Shown: positions 12,425-20,000 of the stretch, piece after piece
Position numbering within the stretch: the first letter of the stretch is position 1
Layout of the letters: each line of letters begins with the position of its first letter
Origin: Gonapodya sp. JEL0774
Taxonomy: Eukaryota
Assembly (NCBI GenBank): GCA_027604505.1
Contig: JADIIX010000129.1
Coordinates: 45,090-65,089 of the forward strand
Direction: 5' to 3'
Length of the DNA stretch: 20,000 nucleotides
The notes under the pieces: model-generated
The model's input: the letters and a program-made list of their open reading frames with translations, nothing else
What the model was told of the DNA's origin: nothing
Databases searched by the model: none
Position numbers and translations under genes: made by a program

Positions 12425-14124
12425 AGCTTGGGGATATCAATGGGAAATTGCAGATGTGTGGATGATAGAGATCCGAACTGGAATTGTACACAACAGAGGA
12501 GGAGGTTAGAGGCGAAAACAGGGTACGCAGTAGTCATTCAAGGATGAATCCATCCCAGACTCAAGTCGCCGATATTGCGGGATTCAAGTCGGTCGAACGC
12601 GGGAAAAGATGAACGCCGCACCGAACAGTCCGCGCGCAGGGTAACAACTGACCGAGTACTCGCGGGTGTAGGACAGAGAAGATAGATCGAAAGGAGAGAA
12701 ACGTGGCCGAACTTCTCGGTGAGTTTCGGTAACCGATGTTTAGAGAAAGTTGCGAGAGGTCTTGGGGGAAGCGTACAAGTTGGCCGAGTGCCCCACTTCA
12801 CCACCCAGGTACCCCGGGCTGTGCCACAAGCGGTACCAGAATGGTTTTGGGGGTTCCGCTTCCTTGCATCCACGTTCCGCACTGTTTTTGAACAAATTCA
12901 ATCAACACCCGAAAACTGCTCAATCCAAAGCGCACTGCAAGTACAATTAGCTTTGCAATCACAGTTGTTTTAGAGAGGTACTTTTGATCTTCCAGCCTGT
13001 GAAAGCCAGAGAAAAGCGGAGATCCACAAGGAAACTGATTCTATTAAATAATAAAGAATCTCAGTGTGTGGATTCCCTGAAATTCCACCTACGTACAATC
13101 GCAAGTGCCGGTACTACTACAAAAACACTATCCTGTTAGCGCACCCTACACGCTCGATCACCCAAACTAGGATGAAAACGGACTGGAAGGATTTCAACAT
13201 CCTTACATTATGTAAATACCTGATCCACACCTGAAATGAGTTCACCTCAGCGACACGGGGGAATAATGGCCCGGGGAACCCAGGACGGGGCATCCAATGC
13301 GGATGTGGAGAAGCTACGCATTCGAGTCATTTCCCCATCTCACTAAGCATCTTATTCTTTGCTCTCCGATCTTCACCATGTCATTACAGTTTCACGTAAA
13401 CGCATGAAAAGGGGCAGCAGTGGTCCTGTAAATATAGAAAGCACATCCATCTCTATCATCGCCGTTCTGATGGATATACTTCACCGACACAAGCGAGACA
13501 TGTTTAGGAACACAACTGGGTGGACTGGGAAGGGAGAAAGAGAGAAAGACGGATAGTAGTTGCAGCAACTGCCGCGCAGGTCCCCTCCTGCAGAAGCAGA
13601 AGTGGCAACGATGATAACTTTCGTGAGCAATGCGCTACCACCGAATTCAGATAGGTTCGGATCTATCCGTCCTCATTTAGGGTGAGTCTGGCGCTCAAGG
13701 ACATAAGTGTAGAAAGTTGTATGAGGTGATCATGTCACCCACCCTCATGACGAATCTGCCATGTTTTGTCTTAAGGGGAGAAGAAGAATTTTGCAGCGAA
13801 AGCTCGAATTTGGTACGAGATCTAGTTTGGTTCGGTTGAGGCGGTCTTTTCTTCAATAACAGCGCTTTCGCAACAAACCATTCTGCAGCAAGATCGGCTC
13901 ACTCTTACCGTCAATCCCCCCAGCCCTCTCCTCCCTCTCAAGACAGCGACGAGTCCGTTCCTTTGACGGGTCGGCAGCCACCTTAGGCCCACGACCAGAC
14001 GAAGGAATAGTGTGCTTTACCGCGAGATGTAGTACTGCCATCTCACAAAGTAGATCGATCTAATGGTCGTTAATCATACGGAGACGCCGACTCATTGATC
14101 TGAACTGTTGAACGATTCCCATTC

Positions 14125-15864
14125 TTATCTCTCTTGTGGGTCACGTCCCAAACCACTTCTTAAGCCCCTCACAACAGCCTCAACTGGCTCTACCCGACCA
14201 ATGCCACCTCCACCTTCCTCTACTGTCCGCCCAAGACCCTCGCCGGGTTTCCATCCCATCAGTCTCATCATCCTGTGCCCAAGATTGTCAGTCTGGTCAA
14301 TTAGCGGAGCTGCCGTTGAGCCCACAATCTCTCCGACTGAGAACCCAGCGGCAGCAGGTCGTGAAGTGTCCGTGACACCGTTCCCCTTCGCTCGCGTATC
14401 ACGACCGGCCTTTGGACTGCGACCGTCCTTTCGCCCTCTTGCATTTCGCATCTCACTGTGACTTGCATCCTTTTTGCCAGGCACAAGTCCATCTCCAATA
14501 AGCGATCCAACAAGAGTGTCCCATTTTTCTGGAACATGTGTACGGGCAGTTCGTATGAGCACAGGAAGTTTGTTCTTCCCGCCACCTCTGGTCACAACCT
14601 TTACGTCATATTGACGGGCGAGAATCAAAACGTGGCGGCGGACTTGAGAAGGGAGAGGAGGGAGCGGTTGAGTCTCAAGCGGAGATGAGGAGGGATCTGC
14701 TGCGAAAACATGAATTTTGCGATTCAGGGTGGAGAGAATCGTGGCCAAGGTAGATATCCCAGGATTGGAGCCACCGTCATTGTTTCTAGACGACTGTGAA
14801 ATCGTCGGAGGATTGTACTTCCCTCCTCGGCCGTGAGGCCCTCGAGGTGAATTCCCACCCCGTGATCCACCACTCCCGCCGCGCCCACCACGCTTGCCTC
14901 CAAAAATAGTCCACCCGGAGTTGATCATCTGCCCCGCCATTTGCCTCCCTTCTGCTAGTCTTTCATTCGCCTCGGCACGCAGACGCTGTCTCTTGAGTCG
15001 TGTCTCGGCTTTCCGTTGCTTCCGCAAAGCGGACTTTGACAAACCCGAACGGGCATTTGTCCCGTTCGCTGCAAGTGTCTGATCATCTTCATTGGTGTCC
15101 GAAGAGAGGGACAAATCTTCCAGTTCCTGAGCGAAATCATTCGCGGGGTGTCTGGACGAATGTCCAAAGTCAACGTCCGCAACAGCTTCCTCCAAGTGAC
15201 GACCCGGATGATCATCGAAACTGTCTTCCAGAGAGCCCTCATCTGATGAGTCTTCAACGTCTTCGCTGGAGTCCGAGGGAAGTTCCACGTCTTTGATCAG
15301 AGACAGCAATGTTTGGTCGTCCATGTCATCTTCAATGCTTCCGGGCCTGTACTCCACATTCACGTCAGCATCAAAAGATTGAATATCTGTCGTGTACGGG
15401 TCTGCGTTGGCTACATAGTCCATGAACGCATCCAGATCGTCATCATCGCCAATGGCTTGAGGGGCTTTCTTCCCTTTCCTGCCCTTCCGCTTCGAAAATT
15501 TGCCAGCACGAGCATTATTTTGGAGCTCTCGATTCGCATTTTGACCCTTGGAATGTGAATCCATTGCCATGAAACTCGCGATCATATTCTGACGTGGTCT
15601 CCTTCCCGATGCTTTCGGGACATCACCGTAAACGTCCTCTCCTTGGCATTCCATATTCTCTGAGATAATGTTAAATCCCAGGCCTGGTCGGGCAGTGTGA
15701 GGCTCAGGTGAGTAACGGGATGGGGAGGACGGGCGAGTGATGATGGATGGTAGCGGCATTCCCCCTTCATCAGAACCTCTGAGCGATTCATCTCCCAGGG
15801 TGTCAATCGTGAACAAAGTTTCAAATCGTGCCCCATCTTCGTCAGCCGCTTGCTCGGTGGTCAT
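14125..15864 (-). CDS. SQS1: SQS1/Pfa1-like protein with R3H-like and C-terminal G-patch domains (Prp43 helicase cofactor family), 579 aa, intronless as read
   Basis: Uninterrupted ORF with an acidic low-complexity middle and an RGG-rich segment. R3H-like stretch: LPPLPSQVRRHVLILARQYDVKVVTRGGGKNKLPVLIRT. It is followed by VGEIVGSTAAPLI and the G-patch NLGHRMMRLMGWKPGEGLG...EPVEAVVRGLRSGLG, the architecture of fungal SQS1. Confidence 0.8.
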   Translation of the reverse strand: MTTEQAADEDGARFETLFTIDTLGDESLRGSDEGGMPLPSIITRPSSPSRYSPEPHTARPGLGFNIISENMECQGEDVYGDVPKASGRRPRQNMIASFMAMDSHSKGQNANRELQNNARAGKFSKRKGRKGKKAPQAIGDDDDLDAFMDYVANADPYTTDIQSFDADVNVEYRPGSIEDDMDDQTLLSLIKDVELPSDSSEDVEDSSDEGSLEDSFDDHPGRHLEEAVADVDFGHSSRHPANDFAQELEDLSLSSDTNEDDQTLAANGTNARSGLSKSALRKQRKAETRLKRQRLRAEANERLAEGRQMAGQMINSGWTIFGGKRGGRGGSGGSRGGNSPRGPHGRGGKYNPPTISQSSRNNDGGSNPGISTLATILSTLNRKIHVFAADPSSSPLETQPLPPLPSQVRRHVLILARQYDVKVVTRGGGKNKLPVLIRTARTHVPEKWDTLVGSLIGDGLVPGKKDASHSEMRNARGRKDGRSPKAGRDTRAKGNGVTDTSRPAAAGFSVGEIVGSTAAPLIDQTDNLGHRMMRLMGWKPGEGLGRTVEEGGGGIGRVEPVEAVVRGLRSGLGRDPQER

Positions 15865-15937
15865 CCTGTTTGCAAGACCTGCTCTTTACATATGACGAAG
15901 TGTGGAAAGCTCCAATATATAAGCATTATTGACGAAC

Positions 15938-17165
15938 TCATTTCTTCTTGAGAACTTTCAATTCTTTTACAGACTCTCCCAGCTTATTCCACAATTGTTT
16001 AGCGACTTTCTTTCCTTCTGCACTTGCGAAAGGGATAAACAAATCTGACCAAGTCTCTAATTCGGTCACCTCAGCAAAATTATCGGCGATGAAGGACACA
16101 CAATCCGAAACTACTGCACTGGCCTTGGGATATGGTGCCAGGGTGACCAGCACTTCACAGCAAGTTGAACACGTCACAAACCCCAGATTTTTGCTCCGAA
16201 AGACGAAAAGCAATTCATCCAAAAGATCTTCCACTAAGAATCGATCTGGACAAAGTTTCACGTGAATTGAGGTCATGGATGGTTTTATTCCCGGCTCACG
16301 AACCTGCCGCCTTCCAAATGGCCAGTACATGCCCCACATTCACAAGGTCAATCTCCAAGAAACCGGTGTACAGATAGTTGAGGACGTCTTTCATGATGTT
16401 CCCCGGAATGTCTTTAATAACCATTCGTCCGGTTGTCATTTCTTCACACGAATTGGAGAACAATCCCTCGAAAAATGAATTGGCAGAAGCGAGGGTGAAG
16501 CGATGAACGTAGAGCTCAACATCATCAATCTCGGTACAAACAACAAAATCCGTTAATAAGGATTTCTTGAAGTCAGGCTTTCGTCTTGTTCTTCGACTAA
16601 AAGTGTCCGTTTGGGGCCGGCCGGAGCCTGCAGACAATAAGTACGAGGCGCCACTCTTAGGATAGACAGTCATACAGGCCTTTAGACGAGGGGGCCGCAC
16701 GGGCAAGTCCAGAAGCTTTTGTTCTCCGCTGATGGTCAACAAGCTTCTCAAATCCGGATGGTCGTAAATCTCTGCGCCAATCCAAATCAAGCGCTGTGGG
16801 TTGATCGCAGCCTTAATTTCGTCCCACTTTTCCAGTTCAAAGTTACACCCCCAGCCATATGAGTTTTGGGGAGAAAATTTGGACGGACTGCATGGGGCGG
16901 ACCAGAGTGGCGAGGATTGAGGAGATAAGGTGAGAAACAACTCATATCCTAAGTAGACGGCGTCATCCGTTACTGCTTTTTGCACTAGAAAAAGTCCCGG
17001 AGGCGACGATTGAAGTAGGAGTGTGAATGTTGACTTGCCGCTCGTGAAGGAGGGACTGTAAAACTTGTCGCCCTTCTCTATTGCGTCCACTGGAGCGGAG
17101 ATCTCAAAAAGAAGATTGTATATAGGAATGTGAGAGGGAGGAGAGTCGCCTGGAGTAGAGGCCAT
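15938..17165 (-). CDS. BTB/POZ domain protein with a MATH-like N-terminus and a helical (BACK-like) C-terminus, ~389 aa; putative Cullin3 adaptor
   Basis: Exons 16304-17165 and 15938-16245; intron 16246-16303 is GTTCGT...CCAG. BTB motif: TDFVVC...LYVHRFTLASANSFFEGLFS..CEE...IKDI...MKDVLNYLYTG...AADRFLVEDL. The N-terminal FYSPSF...YGWG pattern resembles a MATH domain. A further small in-frame intron near 16630-16700 cannot be excluded. Confidence 0.85.
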
Positions 17166-17449
17166 TGTGTGTGGATGTCCCGCGGCAATGGTTTTGTTGG
17201 GCTGTATGATTACGTAGTGGTTGATGAGTGTGGGCTGCTCCCACATTATTGGATATAATGGCTTGCTGGAGAGAAGCCTCACTAGACTAGGTCCTCAAGC
17301 CGATCCGCTAAACCTTGACAAACGTGTGTCAAACGAGTTGTCAAACGATTTCTGCGATCTGGCGTCGCGAAGAACTCTGCCGTCCACCGGAATCGGCTGG
17401 CTTCCATAGCTTCGTTCCGCCAACAATATGTATCTCCAGCAGGGTGGCA

Positions 17450-17473
17450 CTTGGACTTAGACTTGGACTTGGA
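17450..17473. repeat. Short hexamer tandem repeat (CTTRGA)x4
   Basis: cttgga cttaga cttgga cttgga, read directly from the sequence. Confidence 0.6.
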
Positions 17474-17802
17474 AAACCTTGGGAACACCTTTTTGGCGGA
17501 GACGATAATTGCTTAATTTTAGAGCAATATCCCACTCGTATTCCGAACCAATGTGAGCGGGTGGTAGGGTTGGGTTGACTTGCCTCTGCTGCCGAGGGTT
17601 CCCGTGCCGATGCTTCAATGAAATGACACACGACTGCGCTAGCGGACTGAGTGTACGTTGTCCGACCCAGCAAGAAAGGTCCGCCAAACCGGACTAGTCG
17701 GGCTGTGTGGCAACTTTTGAGCTCAACTGGCTTTGGTTCCGAGCTTGAAAGTATGAATCGCGCCCAATACGCAATGATAAAGAGTACGTGTTGCCTAAGT
17801 TA

Positions 17803-18242
17803 AGCGTTGGCCTTGGTGAATTATGCCAGTGTCACCAACAGACAGCACTCCGTAGCAAGTGGAGCAAGTGATCAACACAAGATCTTTGCTATGAATTATG
17901 AAAAGCAACTCTGCCAAAGGATCCTCCACGAAGAATCGGCAAACCAACATGCCCACATCTCCAAGATCAACTTCCAAAGCGCCGATGTAAAGAAGCTTTG
18001 TGCATCTATCATGACGGCCACCCAAATACAGTTCGAAATGTACATCCAACCACTCGTGAGAATTATCGGTTCCACGCAAGAATGCGATACCGCCATCTGG
18101 CAGTGCTGTCATCGAAAGATAAACTCCCGGATTGGCCGCTTGAAGTTCGTAGCAGGACGGTACACTGGTTGTTCTCCTCGATTGCTTCCACTGGAACGAA
18201 GATTTCAAAACGGATATTGTTGATAGGGATCCGAGAATGAGG
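17803..18242 (-). pseudogene. Decayed, internally deleted paralogue of the MATH-like/BTB gene
   Basis: Collinear fragments in shifting frames match the intact gene: PHSRIPINNIRFEIFVPVEAIEE vs PPSHIPIYNLLFEISAPVDAIEK; LQAANPGVYL vs LQSSPPGLFL; LYIGALEVDLGDVG vs LYTGFLEIDLVNVG; RFFVEDPLAELLFIIHSKDLVLITCSTC vs RFLVEDLLDELLFVFRSKNLGFVTCSTC. Most of the BTB core is missing. Confidence 0.85.
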
Positions 18243-18512
18243 AAGTAAACAAGTAGGATATAGTCTGGAAAACGAAGCATCAGCCTAATGGATGCATACA
18301 TGGCACAACAATACCGGCAATTCATAAGTACACATGTTATTTCTTCCGACGTTGCATCAATCAACATCGCTCGGCTGCGCCTCCAGGCCCTTCACTTTCT
18401 GCGTCCCTTTACCTCAACGCAGCCTGCAGGCTCTCTCCGGCACACTTGTGCCACATCCGGTTGCTCGATCTCGCTTATGTTTCCATTTCATCATATGTCC
18501 ATCACACGAGTT

Positions 18513-18881
18513 TTATGCCCTCGACCACACCCAGATGAAGCCCACCGCCAGAACCGCCTCCGCGACGACCGAGCGGAAGATACCAGGGCCCACCCGTCGA
18601 GCTCCGTACTCGTAGAGTCCGCACCCCGCGAGCAGCGCCGACATCGCGGCAGTGCCTAAACAGATTGCGGAGCGGAGTTCCGATGGGGGCTCCCCACGTC
18701 CAAGGAAGAACGTGAGGGCTAGGCCAAGATAGATGGCACCAATACGACGGGAGATAATGAGCGAGCCGGGTGTGGGCTTGATGTCCCATTCCTCGAGCAA
18801 GCCGTCCCCGGCGAGCATGAAACGGAGACCAAGAGCGGTGCCAGCGCACACCATCACGAGCGATGCGACATGAAATTCCAT
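18513..18881 (-). CDS. Small hydrophobic membrane protein (~4 TM helices, 122 aa), intronless, unknown function
   Basis: ATG...TAA ORF with four hydrophobic segments and visibly higher GC and GC3 than its flanks. The motifs RRIGAIYLGLA..FFLGR..PSELRSAIC and GIFRSVVAE resemble uncharacterised small membrane proteins I recall from Proteobacteria and some filamentous fungi (unverified). Confidence 0.75.
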   Translation of the reverse strand: MEFHVASLVMVCAGTALGLRFMLAGDGLLEEWDIKPTPGSLIISRRIGAIYLGLALTFFLGRGEPPSELRSAICLGTAAMSALLAGCGLYEYGARRVGPGIFRSVVAEAVLAVGFIWVWSRA

Positions 18882-19597
18882 TTACAATCCCTTGTCCTTC
18901 GAGGAAGGTTTGAAGAGAGGGGGAGGATGGTACGAGAGGTTTTGGGGAGGAAAGACAGTGCGAGATGAGTTGTTAGAAGATGAGCAGCCGACCTTATTGC
19001 GAAAGACACGATGAGAATGAAGAATCACTGGCTTTCTATGTTGCGGTTCATACTGGTGCGGCCGAGGGGTCCGGTCACGGTCAGCGGGTTGCGTTTCGCT
19101 TCCAGCTCGGCGTTTCATCTAGAATATACGCCACCACGTGATACCAGTAAAGTGTTCTGCCCTCTCACACCCTCACAAAATTGTTCTGGGCTGTGGCTAC
19201 ATCGGCAAAAGAACCTGGCAATAAATGTCAATGAGCGCAGAGCGCTGTTACCCGTTCGGGCGCTGAAGGGCACGTTCCCCCGTTTTATTGCCAAGCAACG
19301 GCCCCTTCGTGTTCATAGCACAACGATGAGTATTTGATATTGTGGAGCTGAGAGGAGACTAGACTATCGAACCCTCATTAACTCAACTCCTATGTATTAC
19401 TTCAGATTCAAAACAAACCACTGGAACTAGGCCTCGCACCAACGATATCAAATGGCTACATCCGCCTTCCAAAGTGGGACGTACTGCCACACTTATTATC
19501 ATGTGATGAAACCATGTGTTGGGATTGTACTTAATTACAAAACATTGAATGTCTGCCTATGGGAAAAGGTTTCACTTTGGCCGGCTCATGGATGAGT

Positions 19598-19876
19598 TCA
19601 TTTCTTCTCCAAGTTCTTTGATCCTTTCACAGCCTCTCCCATCTTCTTCCACAGTTTTGAGGCAACGTCCTTTCCTTCAGCACTCGCAAAAGAGATAAGC
19701 AAATCTGACCACGTTTCTAATTCGGTCACCTCAGCAAAATTATCTACGATGAAGGACACACAATCCGAAACTACTGCATTGGCCTTGGGAAATGGTGCCA
19801 GTGTGACCAGCACTTCACAGCAAGTTGAACACGTGACGAAACCAAGATTAGAAGAATCCGCTGGGGAAGAAGTCAT
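19598..19876 (-). CDS. 92-aa mini-paralogue of the BTB gene (N-terminal peptide fused in frame to the C-terminal helical tail); functional gene or pseudogene
   Basis: 19598-19849 aligns without gaps to 15938-16189 (offset 3660), including the stop codon. The start MTSSPADSS resembles MASTPGDSP of the full gene. The ATG is in a CCACC-ATG context. Confidence 0.6.
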   Translation of the reverse strand: MTSSPADSSNLGFVTCSTCCEVLVTLAPFPKANAVVSDCVSFIVDNFAEVTELETWSDLLISFASAEGKDVASKLWKKMGEAVKGSKNLEKK

Positions 19877-20000
19877 GGTGGTGTGAACCTGAATGTGGGC
19901 GTTTTGTGCACCACAGCTCCATCAATAATAGTGGGTTTCAAAGTTGACTGAAATCGAATTATAATACGCACATTCTCGGCGACTTAAATATTGGAACATA

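Noticed and set aside
13240..13335. Possible C/D snoRNA with a guide resembling the 18S rRNA CAACACGGGGAAA region
   Set aside because: Only ~8 nt match, and there is no proper C box or terminal stem.
17166..17282. N-terminal extension of the BTB ORF in the supplied track
   Set aside because: It begins at a non-ATG codon, and the paralogous mini-gene supports the ATG at 17165.
17920..17960. Missing intron in the pseudogene as evidence of retroposition
   Set aside because: The loss is imprecise, also removes flanking exon codons, and is one of several deletions.
17795..18367. 190-aa ORF as an intact gene
   Set aside because: Homology to the BTB gene switches frames and the domain core is deleted, so a pseudogene fits better.
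18882..19590. Transposon or terminal repeats around the GC-rich membrane gene
   Set aside because: No transposase or RT fragments, terminal inverted repeats or target-site duplication were visible by eye.
1..20000. Prokaryotic-type systems (CRISPR, operons, defence islands), rRNA or tRNA
   Set aside because: The sequence is spliceosomal-intron-rich eukaryotic DNA with no repeat-spacer arrays or recognisable structural RNA signatures.

Overview
Eukaryotic, intron-rich genomic DNA, probably an early-diverging (chytrid-like) fungus. This is inferred from the single-chain ATP-citrate lyase, the TmcB-like protein and the many ~55-75 nt introns. Every supported gene is on the minus strand. In window order: (1) a possible partial spliced gene running off the left edge; (2) a ~32-exon, ~1375-aa TmcB/TmcC-like multi-pass membrane protein (918-7149) with no apparent PAS domain, a GC-AG intron and 13-18 nt micro-exons; (3) a 13-exon, ~1214-aa fused ATP-citrate lyase (7744-12424); (4) an intronless SQS1/Pfa1-like R3H + G-patch gene (14125-15864); (5) a MATH-like/BTB gene (15938-17165) ending only 73 bp before the SQS1 ATG. 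Last is a small accessory patch with a decayed BTB paralogue, a GC-rich intronless small membrane-protein gene (horizontal-transfer candidate), and an intact 92-aa mini-paralogue. In the mini-paralogue the first ~9 codons of the BTB gene are joined in frame to its C-terminal tail. About a quarter of the introns I assembled by hand need AAG acceptors. I found no rRNA, tRNA, CRISPR array or recognisable transposon, and no clearly new multi-gene system is demonstrated. All gene models and family calls come from manual reading and motif recall, without database searches.
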